IMG/VR virus record: IMGVR_UViG_3300017987_000001
Span: 143,858 to 207,857 of that record
Reading direction: 5' to 3' (one strand)
DNA length: 64,000 nucleotides
Positions 47,287 to 56,336 of the stretch are shown here, in pieces. A model generated the notes under the pieces. The model saw only the letters and a program-made list of their open reading frames with translations, was not told the origin of the DNA and searched no databases. Made by a program: the position numbers and the translations under genes. How positions within the stretch are numbered: the stretch's first letter is position 1; each line of letters starts with the position of its first letter.

Positions 47287-48749
47287 GCAAAATCCTTGCT
47301 CTGCTCGTAGTTGCTTCTCACCTTATCCTCCGCTGATGTGTCCTCCTCTCCGGAATCACCGTCTTCGTTGAAACTATGAACCTTGTCGGACTCAACGAAG
47401 CCGCGTCCCTTCTGGTAGGTCATGTCCTTGTCGACGATATCAAATCTATTGAACTCACCCACCATGCGCGCCACGATATCCTGCTTCTTGGCGTGGCGAG
47501 CCTTCGAACCGACAATCCAGCAACGACCGCTCTCGTCAGCGGTTCCGATGGCGAAGCAGTACGAGAGCAACCACGCGAAGCTGCCAGCCTCGGCGCTGTT
47601 GAACCACTGCGGCTTGCGCCCCGGCGACTTCTTCGACTGCTCGGTACTCAGCTGCTGGAGTATTAAGAAGTTGATCTTGTACTTCGTTGCCATCCCTTTG
47701 TACGCATCAAGTAGATCATTTGCGAACTGCCGTTCAGGCTTGCCACGCTTATCCGACTCGGAGGCAGCGCGCGACACAGGAATCCACATCCAGTCGATGA
47801 CGACCAGTCGTGGTTTCTGCCCAGCGGCAATGCTCTGCCTGATGCGCTCTTCAATTTCGATCGGCGCCCAACCATCGGACGAACGATCGATTAGCGACAC
47901 GTACTGCTTGCAAGCGAAAGAAGCCCTCTTAACAGCATCACGCGTCTGCTCGTCCAAATCACCAACACGCTTGCCTTCCAGCTTCTCACGCGCAATACGA
48001 CCAACGCACGAAATCAGGCGTGGACGCAGCTCGTCCGGCGAGGTCTCGTACGTGAAGTACAGCACATATTGCTTGCGCGCCGCACACCCACCGGCGAGCT
48101 GGAGCGCCAGCGTAGTCTTGCCTCCGCCCGTCGGGCCGAGGATTCCGAGTACGTCTGACGGGAACGTCCCGCCGTTCATCAGCAGGTCGATCACGGCAGT
48201 ACCGAGCGGCTCACGCTCTTCACCGAATACTGTGTCGTCATCGACATCGAACGGATCGATCTCATACATGTCGCTGACGTGCCGCTTGCGGTATTCGCCT
48301 TCGATCAGCTCGTGAACCTTCGCCGCGTCTCCGTGCGTCGTGCTGAACTGGCCAACTGCATTGAGGTACAGCCGACCGAGGAACGCCTTGATAAGCTCCT
48401 TTCCGTACTTCGGTGTCAGTGTCGCCACGTCCACCGCATAGATCTCATGAATGAGGTTGGTCGCACGCTCGTACAGTACCGGCTCGACAATCCCCTGCGC
48501 CCGCATGATCGCGGGGCAGATGTCGGCGAGGTACTGCGCGGGCGGCTGCTCGTTGTACTTCTCCCAGTACGCCTTGGCGGCGATCCAGACGATCTGGAAC
48601 TCGCCTTCGGTAGCCGGGTCGAAGTCCTGTGGATGCAGCTTGAGCAACGCTGTCGGCGATACCTCGTGACAGCGAATCGCGTAGGTGAGCAGTCGGACCA
48701 GAGCTTCGCGCCCTTTGAACTCGCGAACGAGATCGGGCAACAGACCCAT
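47283..48749 (-). CDS. DnaB-like replicative helicase
   Basis: GPTGGGKTT, FTYE, VVIDW, LQQLS. Confidence 0.88.
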   Translation of the reverse strand: MGLLPDLVREFKGREALVRLLTYAIRCHEVSPTALLKLHPQDFDPATEGEFQIVWIAAKAYWEKYNEQPPAQYLADICPAIMRAQGIVEPVLYERATNLIHEIYAVDVATLTPKYGKELIKAFLGRLYLNAVGQFSTTHGDAAKVHELIEGEYRKRHVSDMYEIDPFDVDDDTVFGEEREPLGTAVIDLLMNGGTFPSDVLGILGPTGGGKTTLALQLAGGCAARKQYVLYFTYETSPDELRPRLISCVGRIAREKLEGKRVGDLDEQTRDAVKRASFACKQYVSLIDRSSDGWAPIEIEERIRQSIAAGQKPRLVVIDWMWIPVSRAASESDKRGKPERQFANDLLDAYKGMATKYKINFLILQQLSTEQSKKSPGRKPQWFNSAEAGSFAWLLSYCFAIGTADESGRCWIVGSKARHAKKQDIVARMVGEFNRFDIVDKDMTYQKGRGFVESDKVHSFNEDGDSGEEDTSAEDKVRSNYEQSKDFA

Positions 48750-48751
48750 AG

Positions 48752-49294
48752 CTAGCCCCCTTCGAGCGGCAGCATGTCTCCGAGTATCGCTTTGTAGAGA
48801 GGTTCGTCACCAATCGCACGCTCCGCGTCAGCGCGGAGTCCGCTCGCGAGATCGGTCAATCCTCCATGGTGCGCAAGAACATAGCGCACCACCGTCCCAA
48901 TTTCAAGGGTGGGATCTGCCAAAATGGAATCGAGAGACCAGCCGAGAGATGTCCGCTGGCGCACGATACCCAACTGGATATCGAGCTTAACCTGCAGCTG
49001 TCTACGCCGATCCTCCGCTTTGTGGGTCGCGTTCTGCAGGTAGATCTGTACCGACTTCGGCGAGGCGATCTGCCTCGGATACGCGGTAGGCCGCGTGGTC
49101 GTGTAGAAGTCGTAGATCCAACGAACGTAATGTGCGCCGTCCAGCCCCTTGTCGATGAGCGACTTGGCGAGCTGGGTCCAATACTTCTCGTCGTTTGGAT
49201 TCACCCGATACTTGGGGCGAGTCAATCGGCACGTTGACGTATATATGTCGCGCATCCTCGTGGCGAGGCGCTCGACTTCTTCAATTGTCGGCAT
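48752..49294 (-). CDS. hypothetical protein in the replication module
   Basis: Lies between the two helicases. Confidence 0.7.
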   Translation of the reverse strand: MPTIEEVERLATRMRDIYTSTCRLTRPKYRVNPNDEKYWTQLAKSLIDKGLDGAHYVRWIYDFYTTTRPTAYPRQIASPKSVQIYLQNATHKAEDRRRQLQVKLDIQLGIVRQRTSLGWSLDSILADPTLEIGTVVRYVLAHHGGLTDLASGLRADAERAIGDEPLYKAILGDMLPLEGG

Positions 49295-49296
49295 CG

Positions 49297-50742
49297 CTAT
49301 CTTCCAAAGCGCTTCGGAGGTACGTGTACTTCCCAGCCGCGTTTCTTGTACGCGCGTACACGATCCTTCGCTCTACGGTTCAACGTCTTGTCCCAATCAT
49401 CCATGTAGTCGATCAGCAAGCCGTGGCTCTTGTCGCTGTGCGTTCGTGACAGTCGTCCGGGCACCTGCATGTTCTGGATGTCCGACGAGATTCCATCGCC
49501 GCGAATGAGCACCGTCAGCTGCCGAAAGTCGACGCCCTGATTCCAGCACGTCGCTATCGCGCGCCGCAGCTTGCCCTGCTCGAACAGTTCCTGCAGCTCT
49601 TCCTGCTGGTGCTTGCTGATCGGGTGAACCCCCGGTTCGATCACGCCCTCCTTCTCGTACTTGTCACGCAAGTCCTTCCGCATCGTGCTGTAGACAAATA
49701 CGAAGTCGGGGAGATACCGGAGAAGCTCAAGCCCGTGCTCGACGGTCGTAACCCGAATCAACAGCTGCTCGCCGTTCTTCGAGTGCTCCCGCGCGTCAGC
49801 GGCGATCTGCTGGTTGCGAATCTTGTTACGCCACAGTCCGTGTCGGTTCTTCGCCGTCGTGGTCTTCTGATGAAGCGTCGGACCCTGCGGGACCGTCTTC
49901 ATGATGACCCTGATCGGCGTGACGTTGCCTTTCTCTACGGACTCGTCGTAGTCGGATTCGTGGATGATGGGACCGAACAGCATCTCGACAGCCAGATCGG
50001 CGCTGTCGGATCGCATGTTCGCCGTAGCAGTGAAGCCGAACATCTTCGGACCAGCGGCGGACAGGAAGCCGAGCATGTAGCCCGTCTGCGGACCACCGGC
50101 CGTATGGACCTCGTCGTAGAGGATGAGCTTTGGCTTGGTGGTCGCCGCGCTCGCCGCCATGAGGGAGTTGCGAATACAGACAGTGATACGGCGGTTCAGC
50201 TGCTTCTTGCCGCCGCCAACCTGTCCTACCTCATGTAACGGGAACAGACCGACCAAGCGGTCCCTGATGTTCTTGGCTTCGAAGCGCCCCGCGACGACGA
50301 TGAGGATCTTCGTGTTCGGGTACATGCGACATACCTGACAGATGACCCATGACTTGCCGTCGCCGGTAGGTGCGACAATTTGACCGCGCTCCGCAACCGC
50401 GATCTTGGCGAGGATCTCGTCTTGGCCGGGCCGGGGCTTGCCGATGAACTCGAACTTCGGCTGCTCAATCTCCAGCGGCTTGAGATCCTCAATTGTATAC
50501 GGGATGTTGTAGCTGATGAACGCGTTCACGATGCGCGGTACGAGTCCGGCATGCGTGATCATGAAGCGACGTCCGTGTTCATCCTCCCGTATGTCGTAGG
50601 ACTGTAGATCTACGTATACAGCCTTACTGGCGTTTCCTCCGACCTGTTGTCGGCGGGTGCATTTCAGCACCGACTGCAAGATTTCCTCGTGAGGCGGGAT
50701 GACCTGTACTACGCCGCCCGCCTTTCTGATGACTGCCCCCAC
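49297..50742 (-). CDS. SF2 helicase (UvsW-like)
   Basis: APTGDGKS, YDEVH, GFTAT, QGVD, QVPGRLSR. Confidence 0.88.
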   Translation of the reverse strand: MGAVIRKAGGVVQVIPPHEEILQSVLKCTRRQQVGGNASKAVYVDLQSYDIREDEHGRRFMITHAGLVPRIVNAFISYNIPYTIEDLKPLEIEQPKFEFIGKPRPGQDEILAKIAVAERGQIVAPTGDGKSWVICQVCRMYPNTKILIVVAGRFEAKNIRDRLVGLFPLHEVGQVGGGKKQLNRRITVCIRNSLMAASAATTKPKLILYDEVHTAGGPQTGYMLGFLSAAGPKMFGFTATANMRSDSADLAVEMLFGPIIHESDYDESVEKGNVTPIRVIMKTVPQGPTLHQKTTTAKNRHGLWRNKIRNQQIAADAREHSKNGEQLLIRVTTVEHGLELLRYLPDFVFVYSTMRKDLRDKYEKEGVIEPGVHPISKHQQEELQELFEQGKLRRAIATCWNQGVDFRQLTVLIRGDGISSDIQNMQVPGRLSRTHSDKSHGLLIDYMDDWDKTLNRRAKDRVRAYKKRGWEVHVPPKRFGR

Positions 50743-51178
50743 GGGGACTTACCTCCAACACTTTGAAGTGGCCAAACGAGCCCAGCTTCCAACCATAGGG
50801 ACTGATGCCTATGTAGTCACCAATCGCCTCCAGCAGCTCGACGAACTGGCGGACATGCATCTTCCCCGGAATAGCGAACTTGACTTTGATGGTAGCGCCT
50901 GCATCGAAGCCTTCGTGGGTTTTGCAGTCGTCATCGCCCTTACCGTAACGCCGCTCGATCTTCGTGATCGCTCCTTCCACTGGCGGCGCAGCGCGAATCT
51001 GGTCTACGTACTGGTAGTATCGACTGATGGCATTAGCCGCTTGCGCAAAAGCGGCCCTCCACCACGAAGGCAGGAAGATGACTCGACCGCTGTCGTCTCT
51101 CAACATGCGATCGAAGTCATCGCGTCTCACGTTCCCGAGACACGGGGTCGTGAACTTCAGCTTGACTACGAGTTCCAT
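50624..51178 (-). CDS. stand-alone RAMP (Cas7/Csm3-like) protein
   Basis: N-terminal LKFTTPCLG and C-terminal Gly-rich loop IGISPYGWKLGSFGHFKV. Confidence 0.55.
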   Translation of the reverse strand: MELVVKLKFTTPCLGNVRRDDFDRMLRDDSGRVIFLPSWWRAAFAQAANAISRYYQYVDQIRAAPPVEGAITKIERRYGKGDDDCKTHEGFDAGATIKVKFAIPGKMHVRQFVELLEAIGDYIGISPYGWKLGSFGHFKVLEVSPRGGSHQKGGRRSTGHPASRGNLAVGAEMHPPTTGRRKRQ

Positions 51179-51455
51179 TGGGTTGCTCCGCAGCCTTGAG
51201 CTTAGCTTGTTCGACGGCGTTCTGCAAGCTGATAGCAAGAGATTTAGCTTCGTCGAGGGACAGCATCACCATATCAGTGTACGGTGTGCCGTCCCTCAAG
51301 ATTTTGAGGATGTGTCGAATACGGAATGCAAGATCACGTCTTCGTGAATGACCCTGTTGCCAGAAGGCCAGCTGGACGAAGCCGTCTTCGTCTGGTTCGA
51401 CCGCTACACCTTCTCCATAACAGGCGCAGCGTATGACTTCCACATTTTCAGGCAT
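51117..51455 (-). CDS. hypothetical protein
   Basis: AAAGGA RBS after tRNA-Leu. Confidence 0.6.
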   Translation of the reverse strand: MPENVEVIRCACYGEGVAVEPDEDGFVQLAFWQQGHSRRRDLAFRIRHILKILRDGTPYTDMVMLSLDEAKSLAISLQNAVEQAKLKAAEQPNGTRSQAEVHDPVSRERETR

Positions 51456-51467
51456 GTGGATCCTTTC

Positions 51468-51544
51468 TGGTGCCGGGAGCGGGATTCGAACCCGCAACAC
51501 GCTGGGTTTAAGCCAGCTGCATCTGCCGATTGTGCTACCCCGGC
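51468..51544 (-). tRNA. tRNA-Leu(UAA), short variable loop
   Basis: GCTGG-CTTAAAC-CCAGC; CCA. Confidence 0.88.
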
Positions 51545-51545
51545 T

Positions 51546-51623
51546 TGGTACCAAGGACAGGATTCGAACCTGCACTGAGTGGCTCTTGAAACCACCGCCT
51601 CTGCCAGATTGGGCTACCTTGGC
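51546..51623 (-). tRNA. tRNA-Leu(CAA), short variable loop
   Basis: GTGGT-TTCAAGA-GCCAC; CCA. Confidence 0.88.
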
Positions 51624-51660
51624 ACATAGTTGCACGCGTCCAACTATCCCACCTGCTCAT

Positions 51661-51719
51661 AGATTATTCGCGAAGTTCTCAAAGTCAAGGTTGCCATCGC
51701 GACCCATGTGCGCTAGTCT
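51661..51719. promoter_or_regulatory. back-to-back promoters (minus TTGACT-16-TAATCT; plus TTGCCA-17-TAGTCT)
   Basis: Spacers counted by hand; next to the palindrome at 51630. Confidence 0.55.
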
Positions 51720-51756
51720 GACTGACCGGTCACTCTTTGGGGGCAAAGGGGGATTC

Positions 51757-52110
51757 ATGGACTGCAGGGGATTCTACCGTCGTGTCGTCGATCATCCTGA
51801 ACTCGAATGGCTTGGCTCCGTCGAGGGGCGCACACCGGAAAAGGACGCAGTGCTTGTTCGCTGTGCGCCTACCGGCTACGCGTTCAGCGTAACGATCCCG
51901 GCAATCGCGGACAACGACTGGCAGGTACTCGAAGACGTTCTGTTCAGTCGACGTTCCGCGCGGATCATGACACACGTTACGCGCATCGTCGGCTACTACA
52001 GCCAGATCCAGAACTGGAACCACTCCAAGGTGGCTGAGCTGCGCGACCGGCACAAGGGCAACTATGGTGTGCCGGACGAGTCGCAGCAGCTGCCTATTGC
52101 TGCCGACTAG
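51757..52110 (+). CDS. small protein with NrdD-like C-terminal glycyl-radical motif
   Basis: TRIVGYYSQIQNWNHSKVAELRDR; the only convincing plus-strand CDS. Confidence 0.75.
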   Translation: MDCRGFYRRVVDHPELEWLGSVEGRTPEKDAVLVRCAPTGYAFSVTIPAIADNDWQVLEDVLFSRRSARIMTHVTRIVGYYSQIQNWNHSKVAELRDRHKGNYGVPDESQQLPIAAD

Positions 52111-52113
52111 GGG

Positions 52114-52192
52114 TGGTCGGGGTGACTGGATTCGAACCAGCGAACCTCTCGGACCCGAACCGAGCGCTCTGTCCAAGCTGAGCTACACCCCG
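52114..52192 (-). tRNA. tRNA-Pro(CGG)
   Basis: CTCGG-TTCGGGT-CCGAG; CCA. Confidence 0.92.
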
Positions 52193-52743
52193 TCCCTTGT
52201 CGACAACTCCAGCCAGCGCATCATCGGGATGCGCAGGCCGCTACCGTGCTCCGAAGTCCATTCGAGCGCACGCTCGTGGGTCATTCGCTCAAGCGCCCAC
52301 GCGAAGCTGGCGTGGAAGCGTCTATCTGCGATGAAGCCACAGTCAAGCTCAAGAAACCAGTTGAGCGAGCTTCCCGACACCGGATACGAAGGACTACCAC
52401 TCCGCAGGAAGTACCGCCATACCGCCTCACGTACTGCCTCATAGTCCGGCCGCTCGTACCAGCGCTTCCAACGCTGCTTTGCGTCTCCGTTCCGAGATGT
52501 GATATGGGCGTTGAGAAGCAACCCATCACGGTATGCGCGGGTGAGCACTCCTCCGAACTCCGTCCTCGACACGTAGTGATGGTACTGATCGTGCAGCGCA
52601 ACGAGCAGCGCTTCTGTGGAGTAGAGCTTCTTGGGATCCTCGTCGAGAATGCGGAGGATCAGATCCAGTGTGCGTCTTCGCTTCTTCGTGTTCGTCTTCT
52701 GCTTCGCTCCCGTCGAACGACGGCGCGGGGCAGTCGACCTCAT
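52183..52743 (-). CDS. hypothetical protein
   Basis: Stop codon is nt 8-10 of tRNA-Pro(CGG). Confidence 0.6.
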   Translation of the reverse strand: MRSTAPRRRSTGAKQKTNTKKRRRTLDLILRILDEDPKKLYSTEALLVALHDQYHHYVSRTEFGGVLTRAYRDGLLLNAHITSRNGDAKQRWKRWYERPDYEAVREAVWRYFLRSGSPSYPVSGSSLNWFLELDCGFIADRRFHASFAWALERMTHERALEWTSEHGSGLRIPMMRWLELSTRDGV

Positions 52744-52762
52744 AAGTTCCCTTTCATGAGAA

Positions 52763-52838
52763 TGGCGCACCCAGCAGGACTCGAACCTGCAAGCTCTTGG
52801 TCCGCAACCAAGTGTCCTATCCATTAGACGATGGGTGC
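52763..52838 (-). tRNA. tRNA-Arg(GCG)
   Basis: CTTGG-TTGCGGA-CCAAG; CCA. Confidence 0.9.
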
Positions 52839-52846
52839 GCCGACTC

Positions 52847-53362
52847 CTACGCCCGACCGAAGTACGGCGTCCAATCCGCGTAGCCAAGGCGTACGGCTCG
52901 CTCACGGATCAGTAGTGCGCGGGTTGGTACCCACGGCTCGCGAAGGAGCTTCATTCCAGCCTCCTTCGGCGTGCGGTCATCCTTGGTGTTGTTGCACGGC
53001 TTGCATGCAGCAACAACGTTCTTCCACGAATGCTTCCCGTCACGACAGAGCGGGAGGACGTGGTCGATGGTGGCCGAGTTGTCCGACAGGTGCCGCCCGC
53101 AGTACTGGCACGTGAATCCGTCACGGGCAAGAACGTTCTTCTTGTTCAGCCCAATGCGCCGACTGCCCGGGATCACCACGTACTTGACCAGCGCGATGAC
53201 GCTCGGCAGCGGGAAGCTCTGCGTCGCCGAATGCACCTCATCGCTCCAGTACTCGTACACATCAACCTTCTGCTTGAGCATCAGCCCAAGCGCCCGCGTC
53301 CAGTGAATCATAGATAACGGCTCACCGTTCGCGTTCAGAAGCAGCACCTTTCTCTGCTGCAT
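52847..53362 (-). CDS. HNH endonuclease (McrA-like)
   Basis: CQYCG, TIDHVLP, ACKPCNNTK. Confidence 0.92.
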   Translation of the reverse strand: MQQRKVLLLNANGEPLSMIHWTRALGLMLKQKVDVYEYWSDEVHSATQSFPLPSVIALVKYVVIPGSRRIGLNKKNVLARDGFTCQYCGRHLSDNSATIDHVLPLCRDGKHSWKNVVAACKPCNNTKDDRTPKEAGMKLLREPWVPTRALLIRERAVRLGYADWTPYFGRA

Positions 53363-53383
53363 GACGTCCTCCTTCCAAAGTAG

Positions 53384-53461
53384 TGGTCGGGACGAGAGGA
53401 TTCGAACCTCCGACCTCCTGCTCCCAAAGCAGGCGCTCTAGCCAAGCTGAGCTACGTCCCG
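53384..53461 (-). tRNA. tRNA-Pro(UGG)
   Basis: CCTGC-TTTGGGA-GCAGG; CCA. Confidence 0.93.
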
Positions 53462-53868
53462 TCCTTTCCATGTAGCCGACGCTCTCTCTTCCACACCGTG
53501 GTGAACGTACCATGGTACGGATCCAGCTCCTGCATGCACTTGTCGATGAATGGTTTAATCGTGTTCATCATCGGCTGTGCCTGAATCAGGTCCATGATGT
53601 CCGGGAACTTGCGTGCCCCTCCCTCAACGTGATCCATCTGCAGGCAGCGCTGGCACTGCTCGATGCGCACATCAGGCTCTTCTCCGGTCATGACCTTCCA
53701 TCGGTGTCCGAATACCAAGCATATGATCTTGTGAAGAAAGCGCCAGCGCGAACCCCAGTAGAGTCGCTCACGCGTGACTGGCTTGCCAATCGTTGGAAAG
53801 CAGAACTTCTCGAATGGGTTCACCGTTACTTTCGGCGTAGACTTGAATACCTCAAGTGGTGGACTCAT
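53452..53868 (-). CDS. hypothetical protein
   Basis: CLVFGHRW...CQRC; stop inside tRNA-Pro(UGG). Confidence 0.6.
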   Translation of the reverse strand: MSPPLEVFKSTPKVTVNPFEKFCFPTIGKPVTRERLYWGSRWRFLHKIICLVFGHRWKVMTGEEPDVRIEQCQRCLQMDHVEGGARKFPDIMDLIQAQPMMNTIKPFIDKCMQELDPYHGTFTTVWKRERRLHGKDGT

Positions 53869-53878
53869 GATACCTTTC

Positions 53879-53952
53879 TGGAGCCGAGAGCGGGAGTCGA
53901 ACCCGCATCTGCCGATTACGAATCGGCTGCTCTTCCGTTGAGCTACCCCGGC
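53879..53952 (-). tRNA. tRNA-Thr(CGU)
   Basis: GCCGA-TTCGTAA-TCGGC; CCA. Confidence 0.92.
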
Positions 53953-54311
53953 TCCCTCTTACCCATCTTGTGCGCACACATGTCGCAGTCTGGGTTATCG
54001 CAACCGCTGCAAGGCTCCGTATGGCTGCTGACGTATAGGTCGCAGAAGGTTTCTCTGTACAACCCATGCCGTGGGCAGTCAGTGTTATCGCAACTGACGC
54101 AGTTACGTACTGACGTCTGCGCCAGTAGCGCTTCGACCTCCTTGACACGCGACTCCGCTGCCTCAGCGCGTGCGACGGCCTTTAGCTCGGCGGCTCTTGC
54201 TTCGCGCATCGCCGTGATGCAGCGGGCTGTGGCTTCGTTCTCTGCGCGTCGCAGCCGCTCGCTTTCGGCGAGCTGCGCGCGGACCTCGTCGATAGAGTTC
54301 TGCTCGCTCAC
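53943..54311 (-). CDS. coiled-coil + Cys-rich hypothetical protein
   Basis: CVSCDNTDC, CSGCDNPDC; stop inside tRNA-Thr(CGU). Confidence 0.6.
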   Translation of the reverse strand: MSEQNSIDEVRAQLAESERLRRAENEATARCITAMREARAAELKAVARAEAAESRVKEVEALLAQTSVRNCVSCDNTDCPRHGLYRETFCDLYVSSHTEPCSGCDNPDCDMCAHKMGKREPG

Positions 54312-54507
54312 TTGCTGTCCTTATCGGGATCCCGTATCGCTTCGAGGCTCTCCATCCATGAATCGCACAGTAGAGCTTCGTCGGAAACGATCCGTTGTGC
54401 GAGTACGAGAACAGCACCTCTGCGATATTGTTACACAGATCACACCGACGTGTCGAGATGTCGAGCATCCATGTCAACTCGCGAACCTCACGAAATCTCA
54501 GGTTCAT
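54163..54507 (-). CDS. hypothetical protein (3' part overlaps the next gene)
   Basis: CDLC...YCAIH. Confidence 0.4.
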   Translation of the reverse strand: MNLRFREVRELTWMLDISTRRCDLCNNIAEVLFSYSHNGSFPTKLYCAIHGWRASKRYGIPIRTASERAELYRRGPRAARRKRAAATRRERSHSPLHHGDARSKSRRAKGRRTR

Positions 54508-55333
54508 CGGGGATCTTCATTCCCTTCTGCTTCATGTATCCGCGAATGATCTCGTACTCCGAGGAGAGTACGCCATTCACGAAGTAGTTCCAGCTGTTCG
54601 CAGTCGTCAGGATGGTGCGCCAGAGCGAAACACGCATCCCGTAGATCGAATAGATCGGTGCGGTTTCGTACTCGTCGAGCTTCGTGAAGCTCGCGTCGAT
54701 CTCCTTCGCCAGCTTCTCGAACTCGTCCTGTGCCGGCTTCCAGTCACGACGGCGTGTGATCGTGCTGACACGTCGAAGCTGTACGTACCGGACGTTCCTG
54801 AACTGGCTGATGTACTGGATCAGGTCCAGCACCTCGGGCGCGTTGTTCTGCGTCACAACGATAGCCATGCGCAGTGGCACGGTGATCTTCGGAATGAGCT
54901 TCTCCCATTCGGGCATGCTACGGCGGCCAGTAAGGAAGAAGAAGCGATCCGGGTCACGCGTAAGCATCGTCAGCCCGACCGCGTCCTCCGTGCACGTTGT
55001 ACACGCGTTGAAGAGGGCAAGATCGGGGATCATGCCATTGCTGCGCACGCCGACGTAGAAGCCCTGCTCTTTCAAGTAGTCCACGAGTTCGTGAATGTAC
55101 TTGTAGCAGGTCGGGTCGGTGTTCTGCCCCGTGATGTACAGCTGCTTCACGAGGCCGTTGCGGCACCACCCGAGGAATTCCTCGAATCGTGACCACGCAT
55201 CGAAGTGGACCTTGTTGAAATCGTACTTCGAGAACTCCTTCTCCAGATCCTTGCCCAAGCAGAAGTTGCAGTCGAGCGTGCACTTCCCGAGCAAGTTGAT
55301 ATTGGCGAATGTCGCAGCGCTCCTACGCTGCAT
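54488..55333 (-). CDS. radical SAM protein
   Basis: CTLDCNFC (CxxxCxxC), YITGQNTDP, VRSNG. Confidence 0.85.
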   Translation of the reverse strand: MQRRSAATFANINLLGKCTLDCNFCLGKDLEKEFSKYDFNKVHFDAWSRFEEFLGWCRNGLVKQLYITGQNTDPTCYKYIHELVDYLKEQGFYVGVRSNGMIPDLALFNACTTCTEDAVGLTMLTRDPDRFFFLTGRRSMPEWEKLIPKITVPLRMAIVVTQNNAPEVLDLIQYISQFRNVRYVQLRRVSTITRRRDWKPAQDEFEKLAKEIDASFTKLDEYETAPIYSIYGMRVSLWRTILTTANSWNYFVNGVLSSEYEIIRGYMKQKGMKIPDEPEIS

Positions 55334-55880
55334 CGTCGCCTTCCACTTCCGACATTCGGATCCTGCGCCCTATGCCGCCACGTCCGGGCTGAAAGCGTTC
55401 CGCCTTCGCGTTGAGCGTCAGCTCTACCTCATGCACGCCTGAGAATAGTTCGGTGATCAGCCGGGCCGCCAGCATAACGTCAGCGACCTCTTCCAGCATG
55501 CGCGCTCTGCCGATGCGCCCGCGCCGGTAGTGATTCATGGCCGTCAGCAGTTCGCCCATCTCTTCGGACGCGATATGGAACGCATGCTCCATGGCCTCTT
55601 CGCCATAGCCCTCTCGGTGGCGAACCAGTGCCTTGCGCACGTGCACGCTGTTCACGTCGAGGCGAGGCATGCAAAACTCGCGAGCGGTCTCACCCTCAGC
55701 CAGCTCGTACGTCAATGCGCCGCAATGCGGGCACTGACCTGACGGTACTACGCCGTTCGGCGTGAGCCGCTCCTGTATGTCGCTGATCATTTCGAGGCTG
55801 CCGCCCCAGATCAACTCGCCACAGTCATCGCACATGTGCTGTGCGTGAGAGTTGGCTTCCTGTATGTAGCACTCCGTCAT
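55323..55880 (-). CDS. Zn-ribbon + MazG-like NTP pyrophosphohydrolase
   Basis: CDDC/CPHC; SEEMGELL...EEVADV. Confidence 0.75.
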   Translation of the reverse strand: MTECYIQEANSHAQHMCDDCGELIWGGSLEMISDIQERLTPNGVVPSGQCPHCGALTYELAEGETAREFCMPRLDVNSVHVRKALVRHREGYGEEAMEHAFHIASEEMGELLTAMNHYRRGRIGRARMLEEVADVMLAARLITELFSGVHEVELTLNAKAERFQPGRGGIGRRIRMSEVEGDDAA

Positions 55881-55895
55881 GGAGTTCCTTTCGTG

Positions 55896-55969
55896 TGGAG
55901 CCGGGACCGAGAATCGAACTCGGGTGCCTACCTTACCAAGGTAGTGCTTTACCACTAAGCTATCCCAGC
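55896..55969 (-). tRNA. tRNA-Thr(GGU)
   Basis: CTACC-TTGGTAA-GGTAG; CCA. Confidence 0.92.
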
Positions 55970-55975
55970 TCCGTG

Positions 55976-56242
55976 TTACGGAACGACGGTGAACTCTTCC
56001 ATGTGATGCGTGTCACAGAACGCTTCAACGATCAGCAGCATGTCCGCTAGATCGAGGTTGCTGTCGTAGTAGAGTCCTTCGTCGGCTTCGTGCTGAAGCA
56101 TCTCCAGATCCACATGAATGCTGGAGACTTCGTATTCCGGACGGAAGCCTTCGAGAAGCGCGAAGGCGTCCGGCTCGGAAAACCCCAGTTCCTCAGCGAA
56201 CCGGATCAACTCATGAAACTCTACGGTAACGGTAGCCCGCAT
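55976..56242 (-). CDS. acidic hypothetical protein
   Basis: AGGAG RBS. Confidence 0.65.
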   Translation of the reverse strand: MRATVTVEFHELIRFAEELGFSEPDAFALLEGFRPEYEVSSIHVDLEMLQHEADEGLYYDSNLDLADMLLIVEAFCDTHHMEEFTVVP

Positions 56243-56258
56243 GCGGGTCTCCTGTGAT

Positions 56259-56336
56259 TGGCACCCCCGGTAGGACTCGAACCCACAGGTTGTCCGGATA
56301 GAAGCCGGATGCCTTATCCAGTTTGGCTACGGGGGC
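56259..56336 (-). tRNA. tRNA-Arg(UCU)
   Basis: TCCGG-CTTCTAT-CCGGA; CCA. Confidence 0.9.

Noticed and set aside
51226-51236. Third partial copy of AAGCTGATAGC
   Set aside because: Only 11 nt, inside a CDS, with the second AGCT broken; probably chance.
51730-52176. Track ORFs such as MDRALGSGPRG..., MVSAPDWGSGG... and 61278-61689
   Set aside because: These are translations of tRNA genes.
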